64,000 bases of DNA, taken from the NCBI RefSeq assembly GCF_964213995.1, contig NC_135808.1:22134001-22198000 (forward strand). The letters are read 5' to 3'. Shown in pieces: positions 1 through 12,023 of this stretch. The notes under the pieces were generated by a model. It had not been told where the DNA came from. It made no database searches and was given only the letters and a program-made list of their open reading frames with translations. The DNA is from Mustelus asterias (lineage: Eukaryota). Each line of letters begins with the position of its first letter. Position 1 is the stretch's first letter. Position numbers and translations under genes: made by a program.

Positions 1-29
1 GGATATATATTGCTGTTGCTTTACGGATG

Positions 30-190
30 AACATCCTGAAACTCCATCCCTACCAGCACTGCAGGTGTACCTACACCTTAGGGACTGCAGTGATAAGAAG
101 GCAGCTCACTACCATTTTGTCAAGGGCAAGCATGAGTGGACAATAATTGGTGGTCTTGTCAATGATGCCCACATCCTGTAAATTATATAA
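30..190 (+). mobile_element. 3' end of an old LINE (tail shared with SacSINE1-like SINEs)
   Basis: ggactgcag...aagaaggcagctcac...aagggcaa...gatgcccacatcc. Related LINE 3'-end sequence occurs at about 38850-38960 and 41380-41490. Confidence 0.5.
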
Positions 191-484
191 ATGCCATCCA
201 TATTAAGTAGGTGTCTGCATTTAATTTTGTTCTGTATTCTCCAAACATTTTCATAAATAAAGTACATTTGGACCAAAAAACCCTAACTTGTCCAGCTACT
301 ATCAAGTTTCATTCACACATTTCCTATTGCTCTCCCCCGGGTCAATTACTTTACATCGAATCGTTTCCCTTTCAACAGCATTGCCCAGAGCATAATTTCT
401 AACTGCTGTTCTATTCTTTTCCCTTTTGTTCATCCTTGAAGAACTCTTTTTCTCTTTATTGTTTCCTGTATATTTCAAGATATA

Positions 485-835
485 TATTCGTTCACGGGAT
501 TTGGCAAGGCTGGCAAGACCGTTATTGCCCACCACCAGTTTTATCGAATTGTCATCGCTCTGGCCATTTCAGAGGACAGTGAAGGGTCAACGACATTGTT
601 GTGAATCTGGATTCATATCGAGGACGGCAGCTCTCCTTAGCTCAAATGACATTAGTGAACCTGATGGGTTTTTGTGACAACTCATGATAGTTCAGCAGCC
701 AGCATTACTTATACAAGCTTTGAATGCCAGATTTAGTAATTAATTGAGTTATATTTCTACCAGTTGCCGTGGTTGGACTTCAGTAGATATCACCACAGCA
801 TTAACCTAGGCCGGTGGATTCATAAGCCATTGGGT
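485..835 (-). mobile_element. SacSINE1/DeuSINE-like SINE
   Basis: Homologous by eye to 13350-13690, 59840-60170 and (reverse) 43010-43345: ggacattagtgaaccagatgggtttt, gagtcaaccacattgct. Confidence 0.55.
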
Positions 836-1351
836 CACCATCTCCTCTCATATTCTCTGTTCCACCTTTTTCGTCTGAACTATCTCTCTCTCACTTACTG
901 GTTCATTCTCCTTGTAGTCAACTTATTTATCGTTTCTGCGAGGACACCAATCCCACTTCCATTCAAGTGGAGACCCTTCAACGGTGCAGTCCGAGGCTTT
1001 ACAAATCTGAGTGCCTGTGCCCCATTAAATGAAATAATGCTTTCCTAAACCACTTCTTCAGTGACACTTTTGCCGGGATAACCTATTGATCATTCTGATA
1101 ACTATTATGTGACTCGATGAACAATCAAGATATAATAGCTCTTGAGCTCCTGTTTTGATTTCACTCCGAGCTTGTTGCAGTCTTCAAACAGCATCTTTCT
1201 CCTATACTTTACTTTTTTTCTTGGTGGCTCACAGTGATTGGATGTTCCTCCAGAAAATCCACTTTGTTCTCCAGCCATGATGGAACCTTCTGAGACCTGA
1301 CACCGGTTAGGAAATGCAAGCCTTCCTGCTCCCAATTACAGTTGCTGAAAT

Positions 1352-1750
1352 TGAATAGTTTTAGTGGCTCTATTAATGTGTTGGTTTGTGTTAGTTTGTG
1401 GGTTTATGTTCGTTTGAGAATCGGTATTAGTTTGAGCTCCGATATTAATTTGAGGGGCTGTATTAGTTTGTGGGAATGTTTTGGTTTCAGGATACTTATG
1501 CGTTTGATGTTCTTTATTAGCTTAAAGGACTTTAGTATCTGAGGGATTGTATTTCTTAGAGGGTCATTATTTTTTGAGGACCTTTATTCGTTTGTGGGAC
1601 TGTATCAGATTGAGGGTTTGTCTTTGTTTGAGGGGGTGCATCAGATTGAAGGTATGTCCCAGTTTGATGGACTGCATTAGTTGAAAGCTTGTCCTGATTT
1701 GATTGGCATGTCTAATTGTGGGGTGCTGTATAATTTGAGCTGCTGTATCA
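1352..1750. repeat. Degenerate 18-bp minisatellite, consensus about TGTATTAGTTTGAGGGGC, >20 units
   Basis: ggtattagtttgagctcc / gatattaatttgaggggc / tgtattagtttgtgggaa / tgtatcagattgagggtt / tgtctttgtttgaggggg and similar units in 18-nt register. Confidence 0.8.
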
Positions 1751-2176
1751 GTAAGTGCTGCTCAGTTAATTTGAAGAAATATTACGTGGAGTTGCTGCGT
1801 CAGTTTCAACTACGGCATTACTGAATCTCTGAAAACTGACGAGTAAAATGCACACTCGAAAGTTCGGAATTTATTGACTGAATGAGGACATCAGAACGGA
1901 GGAAATCACAGAAACAATACGTATTCTAGATATGGGACTGGTGGAGTTTGATCATATACAATTGATTCGAAATTGTAGTGTCCATTTACTTTCGCCAATT
2001 AATGTGATCAAAATTGTCTGGATTTTGGGAAATTCCAATGGAATCTCAGTAGTAAATACATATTGCCATAACAGGTGCGTGAATCAGCTATCCATTTTTT
2101 TTCTGCCACTTAAAAATAAATGAAAACAACTTGGAGAATTTGGTAACCTTAATCTCCCTGTGGAGATTTCATGAGG

Positions 2177-2182
2177 TATAAA
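2177..2182 (+). promoter_or_regulatory. Possible TATA box of GPCR gene 1
   Basis: TATAAA about 70 bp upstream of the ATG; positional argument only. Confidence 0.3.
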
Positions 2183-2247
2183 TGAAAGGCTCCGAGGATG
2201 TATCAATCAGAGTTTAATTCAAAGGATATATCACATCACAGTAAAGT

Positions 2248-2311
2248 ATGGAAACATTTGAGATGATCAGAAAAATATACTACATGCTTCTTGCTGTCAT
2301 CGGTGTCCCTG
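2248..2311 (+). CDS. GPR139-like GPCR gene 1, coding exon 1 (METFEMIRKIYYMLLAVIGVP + 1 nt)
   Basis: ATG at 2248, then 21 codons plus G, then the donor GTAAGT at 2312. The peptide is nearly identical to the exon at 21430..21493 (-). It splices in phase 1 onto the acceptor at 4933 to give ...GVP-V-NLL. Confidence 0.9.
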
Positions 2312-2559
2312 GTAAGTGAACATGACGTTTGAAATTGTCTTCATCGATGAGTATGAGCTCATCTCCGATTTTACGCTGATTTGGTGGTCACCATTATACA
2401 AACACAAAATCAATGATATTTTAAGTCGTGTCCTGAATTAAACTTATGGTTACATTATTTTACCTCAACTGAAAGTAAGACACCAAGTAATTGCTCATAG
2501 TGGAACGCTTTGTACAACACAATAGATTTTAGCATCGTGAACTTGCAAAGTGAAGCAAA

Positions 2560-3365
2560 TACTGGGAGTAACTGTCACTGCAGTATTGTACCGAGAGTGG
2601 ATGTTAACCGAAATGTACCACTTGACCCCCAATGGCCATGATTACTGGGTGTCTCTTTCACTGTAGAATTGCACAAAGTGTTGGTCATTAACTAGAGTGG
2701 AACACATGATCCCAGTGATTATGTATTACTGGGGGTGTCTGTCACTGAAGCATTGTACTGCGTATGGATCACTAACTAGACTGAATAGAATAGAATCCCT
2801 ACAGTGCAGAAGGAGGCCATTCGGCCTATCGAGTCTGCACCGACCACAATCCCACCCAGGCCCTACCCCCACATATTTTACCCGCTAATCCCTCTAACCT
2901 ACGCATCTCAGGACTCTCAGGGGCAATTTTTAACCTGGCCAATGAACCTAACCCGCACATCTTTGGACTGTGGGAGGAAACCGGAGCACCCGGAGGAAAC
3001 CCACGCAGACACGAGGAGAATGTGCAAACTCCACACAGACAGTGACCCGAACCGGGAATTGAACCCGGGACCCTGGAGCTGTGAAGCAGCAGTGCTAACC
3101 ACTGTGCTACCGTGCCGCCAGGTGTACTGCAACACCTGATCAGAACCACATATTACTGTAACTGTCTCACAGTGTGGGTCTTAACTGGAATGGAACTCCC
3201 GACCTCAGTGACCATATATTACAGGGAGCATCTTTCACTGTGGAATTGTACTGAGTGTGTGTCTCTAACTGGAATGGAATTCCTGATGCGAGTTACCACG
3301 CATTGCTGGGTATATTCATCATTGTGGAATTGTACTGAGAGGTTTACCTACCTGAGTGGAACCAA
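2560..3365. repeat. Degenerate 84-bp tandem repeat (about 6 units) in intron 1 of gene 1, interrupted by an HE1 SINE
   Basis: Units of the form tac/tgctggg...tcactgtggaattgtac...taactggaatggaa start at 2560, 2643, 2727, 3220 and 3304 (adjacent units 83-84 nt apart). Confidence 0.75.
2786..3119 (-). mobile_element. HE1 (V-SINE), young full-length copy
   Basis: tRNA-like head GGCGGCACGGTAGCACAGTGGTTAGCAC...GGTTCAATTCCC, V-domain GTGTGGAGTTTGCACATTCTCC...TTTCCTCCCACAGTCCAAAGA and a CR1-like tail ending GATTCTATTCTAT. Confidence 0.92.
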
Positions 3366-4807
3366 GTGGTTTCTCTCATGAAACTGCTGCTTTAGGTGAA
3401 TGATCTATCCAATCCATGGAGCCGTCACTGTGAATCACAGATGTTATCGATGGCAATGGAGGAAACCTTTGCTGTTGTGTGACATTTTCTATGACTTGCA
3501 TAAAATAGAATTTATTCGTGTTACTGAAAAAAGAGACATGTGGAGTGTTTTGTTTTGCACTCCTCAGGACACTTTGCATCAATATCTACCTCGGGACTAT
3601 GCCCTGATGTCAGCAAGACAAACAACTTTATCATCTCACTTTTTTTAGCAACACTTCCGTTCTGCACTATCAGATGACTATTTATATTCGTACTGCTCTG
3701 TTCCATTCTGAACTGCGTCAACAGAAACTCATGGTAATTGTTTTCTGAGAGGCACACCTTTAAGGGAGCACTGGCACTATCCCCTTTTCTGATGATTATT
3801 AATGAAAATTCTTTACCTTCTCGTTATCATGTTATCAAATATTTCCTCCCTTCCCAACATTTGATTATTATTAAGTTTTTCCTTCAATGTATTCACTACT
3901 GTTGAACATTGAATTGGAGAACTTCATCAATTTAAATTTTTCCTCCCTGTCATCTCTGACAACATGGGTTCACAACCTCCATTCAAAGGATTGTTATGAA
4001 CCCCTTCACCCTGCCCGCATACTGGGGCAAAAATTGTGTTTTCTGATCCAAGATCTGGCATACATTCCGACCTAGGCCGTCCAGTTACAACCATTTCCAC
4101 AAACCCGCGGGTCAGAACCAGGGGATGCAGCTGCAAATGACCTGTGAACGGGCTTCCCAAATGCACCACTAACCCAGGGATGTGGGATTATTCCAAGGGT
4201 GTTCCATTGCAATGCCTTGAAAAAATCAGGATACCCTCACAAACCTTGAAGTGGTATTAGACCTAACAATTTCACTCAAATCCCATTCCAACCCCAGACG
4301 ACATTCAGTCTTGGGACTCCGATTACCACATAATACTGCAATTCTCAGATCTCTGGTGATCCACTTATCCCCCCAACCCTCCCCCCGCCACCCTCCCCAC
4401 TCCCAGCCGTGCAGGGATCCACTCACAGTGGGGATCGGAATATCTGCCCAACTGCAGTGGAGGCAGGGGTGCCGATGGGGGGAGGGGGGGGGGCGGTGGG
4501 GGGTGATTCCAAAGGGTCTGAATGGTATCTAACCCAGTGTTGTAGGAGCTGTAGCCCAAGGGTACAGTGATTGCGAAAGCTGGGTGTATTTAAATGGAAT
4601 CAAATCAGGAAAAATACGTGCCTGGCCAGAGTAACATCTGTGAACCACATTCAATCAGAGACTTCTGTCATCGTTAAATAACTAAAATTCCAACTCGTTC
4701 ACTGGGAGTGGCTGCTGTTCTCTTCTCTCTCACCCAATCTCTTTCTATCTGGCAGTCAGCAGTTTGAAGATGGGATTGAGATACTTTAACTAATATCTCT
4801 CAGCACC

Positions 4808-4863
4808 ACACGCATACACACGTGCTCACACACACGCACACGCGTGCACACACATGCACTCAC
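4808..4863. repeat. (CA)n/(CACG)-type microsatellite
   Basis: acacgcatacacacgtgctcacacacacgcacacgcgtgcacacac, about 70 bp upstream of the exon 2 acceptor. Confidence 0.75.
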
Positions 4864-4933
4864 TGAATTAGGTCTCACACTAAGAATGTTTGGTTGATAA
4901 TTTCTAACCTATTACCCATTATCTCTTTTCCAG

Positions 4934-5895
4934 TCAATTTACTGACAACTATGGTCCTGTCCCGGGGAAGGTGTGGCCTCTCCACCTGCACCACTCATTA
5001 TTTGTTCGCCATGGCCTTGTCGGATCTAATATTCAATTTCATTGAGGTGGTACTGCATCGGATCAGTTCATGTTATTTCCCAGGATCTTTTCTGGACATC
5101 ACCCCTGTGTGTCGTGTTGTCATTATCCTGCTTTATGCAGCTGGAAACTGCTCGACCTGGTTTACTGTCATGTTCTCCTTTGATCGCTTTGTGGCCATTT
5201 GTTGTCAGAAACTGAAAATAAAATATTGCACTGAGAAAACTGCAACTGTGGTTCTATCAACAATCTGCATCCTGAACTGGTTAAAATGCATTCCCTATTA
5301 CTTTGCATATCAACCTGAAGTGATAATTAACAATACTCCCTGGTTCTGCATAACGAATCCAAGCTATTTTACTGACCCAGCTTGGGTGACATTTGACTGG
5401 CTTGGTAAGATTTCAACTCCATTTCTCCCATATATTTTAATTCTGTTGTTCAATGCTCTGACAGTCAGATACATTTTAGTGACCAATCGTGTCCGCAAAG
5501 GACTGATGGGTCAGAACAAGGGGGACAATCACATTGACCCAGCGATGGAGAGCAGAAGGAATTCCATGATTTTACTCTTCACCATATCTGGCAGCTTCAT
5601 ACTTCTGTGGCTTTTATATGTGATCAACTTCTTATATTATAGAATTACAGGAACTTTTCCCGTAGACTACAATGATTCTTCATATATTTTTAAGGAAGTC
5701 GGATATATGCTGGCTGAATTAAACTGCTGTACAAACACTTTTATTTATGGGGTAACTCAATCCAAGTTCAGGGAGCAGTTCAAGAGTTTAGTGAAATATC
5801 CGGTTACATTAATTATTCAATTTATGAAAAAAGAAAGCAAAAGAGGGAAGCTCCTCCATACTCGGTCAATTGAATCGTACGAAGAATCATTTTGA
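4934..5895 (+). CDS. GPR139-like class A (rhodopsin-type) GPCR gene 1, coding exon 2; intact, 341 aa in total
   Basis: Acceptor tctcttttccag|TC at 4933/4934, with an open frame to TGA at 5893-5895. Seven hydrophobic segments; motifs LFAMALSDL (TM2), FSFDRFVAIC (TM3, DRF), PFLPYILILLFN (TM5), LLFTISGSFILLW (TM6), LNCCTNTFIYG (TM7) and SKFREQF (helix 8). The motif pattern resembles GPR139/GPR142. 64+962 nt = 342 codons. Confidence 0.88.
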
Positions 5896-6004
5896 ATCAA
5901 GAAGTGCCCTCTAGTGGCAGTTGTTTCCATGGGAAACAGGAGCCTTAATTCATTTTGAAGCCAGATGGTGAAGTATTGAAGTAGGTGATGATCCTTCAAT
6001 CAAT

Positions 6005-6010
6005 AATAAA
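6005..6010 (+). terminator. Putative polyadenylation signal of GPCR gene 1
   Basis: AATAAA 110 bp after the stop codon, followed by a T-rich tract. Confidence 0.5.
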
Positions 6011-6264
6011 GTTTTTTCACAATGGAACATTGCATTTCTGCACGTCCTCTTTAACAAAAAAAAACAATGTCGAAAATATCTCTCTTTGCACACTTTAGAT
6101 TAACTAATTGACTCATAAACTACCCCTCAAAGAGGAAATGTTTCTGTAATTTTTTGAGTGGTGTGATTAAACAAGACAACTAATTGGCAAATTAATTAAT
6201 GACAGGAAATCGTGGTAATATGAAAAATTAAGGAAATGTAATAATTGAGAATATGTTCTGTCAC

Positions 6265-7445
6265 TGTACGACTTTTATTGTTTAGAAATGGAAACTATGC
6301 AGTTGCAGAGACAACTGTGTTTATGCAACCAGTGTTTTTGACATGTCAATAAGCCTTACAATGATGTATACACGTTTAGCAGAGAACTTGCTAACAATGC
6401 AAAGGTTTCACTAAACATGTCAGAAGATTGAAGAAGGGGATGAGGTTTGAACTTCCCAATTACATTCCAAATCGTGAACTCATGAGACGAAGTTAATTAG
6501 GAATGACTTCTGAGGAGGTTAGTTCTGAGAAAGGTTGATCAAAATGGGAAACAGTATATCGGGACTGATGCATTTTAGCTGTTGAGGGAGCTCAGTCTAC
6601 AGAAGGAAAAGCCATGTGAACTCCCATCAGACTCTGTAGGAAAGCCTGTTTGGCAAACCGTTCCTTCTGTCATACGTGAGAAGAAATCCCAAGAGTTTTA
6701 ACTGCCTGGTGTGGTAACCATGAATATATTTTGCCAACAGAATTGCTCTGAAGTTAGGGAAGATAGAGAGATTTGGAACTGGGTACTGGGTACCCCTAAA
6801 ATGCTGTGTGTGGCCATGAAGTTAGTTAAGTGTATTACGAGTTTCACTTTCGTGTGTGCTTTGTTATGAAATACACAGTCGTTTTATTTCATTTAAAATC
6901 ACTACAAAAACGTTTAGGACATACTTTTTTGATTTTTTTCCAGCCTTCCTCACATTATACCAAATAGCAATATACAGTTGAGAGCCGGATTCTCAACATT
7001 TTCAAACTTCCCGATTGGAACTTGGAATAACCGTAGTGTCCAACATTCTCTGTACCATTAAATATGAACCAATTAACAAATTAACTAAATAAACGAGCTG
7101 ACAGCCCTTTTTTGAAGGTGTACCACAACAAAATGACAGAGCTGTAAATAAAACTATCAAAAACCTACTCTGAATCTCCACGTGAAGCCTAAGTAAACAA
7201 AAATGCATTAACTCTGTTTCAACAAAACATTCCATCAGCGTAAATTTTATCATTATCCTATATTCTCAAAATTTGAGCTGCCAGTTCCCCAGACAAACTT
7301 GGACCATATAAAACAGAGTGTACTTTTAAACATACCACTTTCAAGAAACTTGATTAAACTACAATTCTTAAAGGTTCAGTGTCATCAAACATCCCCCCTT
7401 AAAAGTGAACCAACAAGATGTAAATATGGCTTCATCTTACAAAAC
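6265..7445. mobile_element. Probable decayed LTR-retrotransposon LTR sequence(s)
   Basis: Non-coding. The minus strand has a PPT-like AAGGGGGGA near 7392-7400 followed by TG...; the resemblance to Gypsy LTR ends is general only. Confidence 0.3.
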
Positions 7446-7894
7446 CTATAGTTTTTACACTAATTGCACCCTGTGGATGGAGAAAGAATGGCTACAGTGT
7501 TGTCAACAGCAATAATGGTATATATTGGCTTCAAGAACAATGGTGACTAAGAGTGAAGCATGCTCGGATTTTTTGTCAAGTTATAGTCAAACAGATGCAA
7601 GCTGTATCGTTGTTGTTGTGGTCTGGTCTGTCAGCGATAATCTGACACCTCCTGTGTTGACCAAATATTGTAGGATGTTTGGCTAAGGCTAGGCTCCGGT
7701 GTTAAGATTTCCTCTATACCCATATATGGATTAAGGCAATATGGCCGACATGATATTTGAACTGAGCATTATGGAGTCGATTGTGCATAACTCCATTGGC
7801 CAGGTCGAGCAATGTAATTGGTTTCTGGTTCCATCATTGGCTGAGTGCCACAGATCTTATTGGAAGGTTGGGGCAGTTTGAGGATGAAGGCCAA

Positions 7895-8606
7895 AAGAGA
7901 AAACACTGGAAAATCTCAGCAGGTCTGCCAACATCTGGAAGCAGAGAAAAGAGCTGACGTTTCGAGTCCAGATGACCCTTTGTCAAAGCTGAAAGACATA
8001 GAAAGTGGGAGATATTGATACTGTAGGGTGAGGGAATGAAAGTTGAGTCATGGCCACAGAAACCAGGGGAAATGAGTGCTCATAGCTGTCCACAGAGAGA
8101 ATACCGTGTGTGAATGGCCAAACGACTGGGAAGCTGTAATTTGTGACAGATGAAGATGTTGTGGAGGGATTTGGGGAGGAGGGTCGGGTCAGGGGGAGAT
8201 GGGACAGAGGTAGAATGTAGAAAAGGGGAAGCGGGGGGGGGGGGGGCGGGGAGAAAAGGGAAGACAATGTGGATAAAGAGGGGGGAAGAGTGGCGGGGGG
8301 GGGGAGAATAAAATGAAGAAAGACAATAAAGAAACAAAAGTTAGAGAACAGTAAAAAATTAAATAAAATAGAATGAAAACAAAGGGGGCCGAGGTGCGGT
8401 AGAGCAAATCATTTGAAGTTGTTGATTTCGATGTTGAGACTGGAAGGCTGTAAAGTGCCTAGCTGGAAGATGAGATGCTGTTCCTCCAGTTTGTGTTGAG
8501 CTTCACTGGAACAATGCAGCAAGCCAAAAACAGACATGTGTGCATGGGAGCAGGATCGTGTGTTAAAATGGCAAGCAACCGGAAGGTCAGGGTCCTGATA
8601 GCGCAC
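7895..8606 (-). mobile_element. Penelope-like element, 3' part (GIY-YIG endonuclease C-terminus plus 3' UTR)
   Basis: ORF 8409..8606 reads DLPVACHFN...HMSVFGLLHC...KLEEQHLIFQLGTLQPSSLNIE. It is followed by a pyrimidine-rich UTR and a terminal gggtcatctggactcgaaacgtc...gacctgctgagattttccag. Confidence 0.85.
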
Positions 8607-8949
8607 ATATTGAAGGTGCTACCCAAAGCCAAAATATTCAGCCCTTTGTCTCCAGCGATACCTGAGATCAACTGTGCCCTGAAGAACATCCTCAGAGAAG
8701 GACCAGGGGCAAATTGGACATAGGGAACGAACCTGGCAATTCTGTGCTAAACTGGGTTATATCTGGTTTCAGCAGAAAAATATGAATATTTGTTTTCAAT
8801 TAAAGAATGAATGTTCAATTAAGGGTCAACGTTCACTGAAAGAACTGAAATGTTGCAACTATTGTAAGTTTGAATTTGGTAGCTAAAGTGTTAAAGAAAT
8901 GGAAATTTGCTTCAGAGAATCCGAGTTGACACCGGTCCTTGGTTTGTCT

Positions 8950-9295
8950 CATTAACTTAAATATTTGGAAAGAGTTTACATTCATGGTCGAACAACAACT
9001 CGATAATAGATATATTATACATACATTTTATTACAACTAAGCAGAACAAAATAACAGTAGCATGGTCCAGCTCAGTTCTTGCTTTCCAATATTGAACATT
9101 CCTCCTTCTTTCATCAAAGTCATAAAACAAAGCATTGGCAACCATGCTCTCTCTTCCTGACACGTGTATAATTTTCAAATTAAGTGGCTTTAAAAAAAAC
9201 TCCATCGAACAGTTTTTCATTCTTGTCTTGAAATTTCTGCAGAAACTTCAACAGACTATGGTCAGGAGAAATATTTTTTTCTGATGAATTGCTAG
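8950..9295 (-). mobile_element. Gypsy (Gmr1-like) pol C-terminal RNase H remnant
   Basis: LKPLNLKIIHVSGRESMVANAL resembles the end of RNase H (...I.H..G..N..ADALSR), and non-coding sequence follows. Confidence 0.6.
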
Positions 9296-9301
9296 CAATA
9301 G

Positions 9302-9656
9302 GGGCGGCACGGTAGCACGGTAGTTAGCACTGCTGCTTCACAGCTCCAGGAACATGGGTTCGATTCCCGGCTTGGGTCACTGTCTGTGTGGAGTTTGCAC
9401 ATTCTCCTCGTGTCTGCGTGGGTTTCCTCCGGGTGCTCCGGTTTCCTCCTACAGTCCAAAGATGTGCGGGTTAGGTTGATTGGCCATGCTAAAAAAATTG
9501 CCCTTAGTGTCCTGAGATGCGTAGGTTAGAGGGATGAGTGTGTAAATCTGGAGGGATATGGGGGTAGGGCCTGGGTGGGATTGTGGTCGGTGCAGACCCG
9601 ATGCGCCGAATGGCCTCTTTCTGTACTGTAGGGTTTCTATGATTATTTCGATGATT
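9302..9656 (+). mobile_element. HE1 SINE
   Basis: Full head, V-domain and tail (tagggtttctatgatt). Confidence 0.92.
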
Positions 9657-9862
9657 ATAATATAAATGTTAAAATGTTGCAATTCCAACACCAAACTCAA
9701 TGGGTGGGATTTTTCTACTGCGCTCGCCCCAAAACTGGAATTCCACATACTGCCGCCTTTTCTGGCAACATTCCTTCCACCCTCCATATCTCCACTTTAA
9801 ACATTGACTTGCTCTCGTCGAAGTTAAGACCTTTACTTCTTTACCAACGCTCCTTGTACACG

Positions 9863-10202
9863 TGGGTGATATGGTGGCAGAATCGTTCGCACTGCTGCCT
9901 CTCAGCTCCATGGACCTCGTTCAATTCCTGGCTTGGGTCACTGTCGATGTGGAGATTGCACATTCTCCCCATGTCTGCATGGCTTTCCTCTGGGTGCTCC
10001 GGTTTCCTCCCACAGTCCAAAGACATGCAGGATCGGATGATTGGCCATGCTAAATTGCTCCTTGGTGTCACGGGGTGTGGAGGTGAGAGGCATTAGCGGG
10101 GTAAATGCGTGGGGTTGTGGGGATAGGGCCTCGGGTGTGATTGTTGTGAGTGCAGACTCAATGGACAGAATCGCCTCCTTCTGCAATGTAGAATTTCTAT
10201 GA
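9863..10202 (+). mobile_element. HE1 SINE (older)
   Basis: Diverged head, V-domain and ...tagaatttctatga tail. Confidence 0.88.
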
Positions 10203-10209
10203 AAACTTA

Positions 10210-10880
10210 ATGGCACAAGTAAATTATTTCAAGCAAACTGGCAGTTGCTTATGAACCAACCAACCCTTGAAAAGGCTGTACATTCTTTTGCACCTCTTTA
10301 GCTTCAATCATCGTTTCCTTTACCACTTCAACAATCCCCATTGGCTTGTTTAGTTTTATCACATCTGCGTTCACAATCCTTTTCCTCAGCCACCCACACT
10401 GTGACTTTGTGTCCAACATTATTACAATGAAAACACCTGAGGTTTTTATATTTCACTTCCACATTTGTGTTTCCTCTTTAACATGAGGCTAACTATCCTT
10501 GATATCTCAAAAACGATCCCCTTTGCCTTTACTACCTGAGCATTTCTCTTTCCGAGTTTTTGTCCCTCACAAAGAGAATTTGATGTCAAAACCAAAAATG
10601 ACTTATGAACGTATTCATGGTCATCTGTCATTTCATTGCCAATCTCACATTTATAAACCAAACAAGTTCTCAATGCTTGGGGAAGTGAATATTTAAATTA
10701 CCCTTAAGTAACTGTCCATGAGAGCATCGTACATCTATGCCACAATTTTACCGCATGTCTGCCCTGGAATTGAAAATTTCTTTTGCACTTTGGTGGGATC
10801 TTACAAACCTCGGGCCATTTTACTTGTTCAGCTAATTCCTCATTGGAAATGAGAAAAGGTTTCTAGGTCCTTTCCATCAA
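10210..10880 (-). mobile_element. Gypsy gag remnant
   Basis: The reverse strand at 10390-10440 reads RCFHCNNVGH.KSQC (CCHC zinc knuckle, with a frameshift). Confidence 0.5.
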
Positions 10881-10928
10881 GCACTAAAACATATTAAACT
10901 AGATCCCTACCAGGCCTTTGACTACGGT

Positions 10929-11009
10929 GGGCTGATTCTCCATCATCGTCCCCGCCACTATTCTCAGCATTTACCTTTGCATTTGCCAGATTAAGCTCGT
11001 GGGAGTGAG

Positions 11010-11040
<31 letters not shown>

Positions 11041-11830
11041 TGTAAGAGAGATATGAGAGAGAGATCGCCACCTGAACCGGTCTCCTCCACCCCTGCGCCC
11101 ACTGTTTCCATGGACATCGGATCCCTGTCCCTTACCAACAATCATCCTGTGCCAGTCTATCCCATCTCGCCGCCGATTGTTCCCATCTGCAGAGATCCCT
11201 TTTTCGACCAAATTTTCCCCATCTGCTGAGTTTCCTCCCTACCTGATTGCCACTCCTGCAGAGTTCCATCTTCCTCTGCCAAACGCCAGCCCTGCAGAGT
11301 TCACCTCTTACACCCCACCCCCGCAACTGATAGCCACCTCTGCAGAAACCACTGCTTCATTCTGCTCATCGCTACCCCTGCAGAGTTCCCTCCTTCCCAT
11401 CCCAATCATCACAGCTGCTGATTCCCCTCCTTCGCATCTCAAAAATCATCCCTGCAGAATTCTCTCCCTCCCACCTCTACAGAACTCCCCTTCCATTCCT
11501 CCATCAAAGATCCAAGCCCACTCTGGCTGCACCCCCATTCAGGCCCAGCCATATTGGCACTGCCCTTTGCACAGTTATGGTGCCCATTGGGCAATGTCAT
11601 GGTGCCTGGTGGACACTGTGAGTGCGCCCGCTGGGCACAACCAGGGAACGTGTCACGGTGCCAGCCGAGCAGTGCTAAGCTGGTACCGGCCATCCGTGGC
11701 TCTCAGCAGCTGGTGTTTCAATCGCCTCTCATCCCCCCAAGCAAGGCTATCATACCTCGTCTCCCGCCATCTGTGATCCTCGCCAGTGAGAATTTCGACC
11801 AACATGCAGGTAAGGTCAATTGAACTTTGA
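10929..11830. mobile_element. GC-rich non-autonomous DNA-transposon-like repeat with (GA)n and internal CCCTGCAGAGTTC repeats
   Basis: Starts gggctgattctcc. Contains (GA)n at 11013-11040, repeated ctgcaga(g/a)ttc units at 11185-11490, and tggcac/gtgcca-rich tracts like those at 25400-25560 and 44420-44600. Confidence 0.45.
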
Positions 11831-11903
11831 CGAAATCTCCTGTGTTTTTTCAGTCAGTGGAACAGCCACACTAACTTTATTTGGCAGGAATTTCTTGTAG
11901 AAA

Positions 11904-12023
11904 CCTGATGAAGCAGCACCGCTCCATGAGCTCATGATTCCAAGTAAACCTGTTGGACTTTAAACTGGTATTGTGAGACTTCTTACTATCCCCACCCTAG
12001 TCCAACGCTGGCATCTCCACATC
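11904..12023 (+). mobile_element. Short Penelope-type terminal repeat fragment
   Basis: cctgatgaagcagcaccgctcc...gattccaagtaaacctgttggacttt...ccaacgctggcatctccacatc; same family as 46070..46237. Confidence 0.65.

Noticed and set aside
2804-3149. ORFs overlapping HE1 SINEs (also 9449-10216, 20798-21220, 22591-22890, 46646-46929 and 60358-60684)
   Set aside because: These are recurrent translations of the SINE consensus, not genes.
2560-3365. CRISPR-like regular spacing
   Set aside because: The context is vertebrate, the whole unit is repeated and degenerate, and there are no unique spacers or cas genes.
4894-4933. N-terminal extension MIISNLLPIISFP of the 333-aa ORF
   Set aside because: This is intronic polypyrimidine tract and acceptor read in frame; the real N-terminus comes from the exon at 2248..2311.
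9302-9375. tRNA-like sequence with A and B boxes
   Set aside because: It is the tRNA-derived head of HE1 and continues into the V-domain; it is not a tRNA gene.
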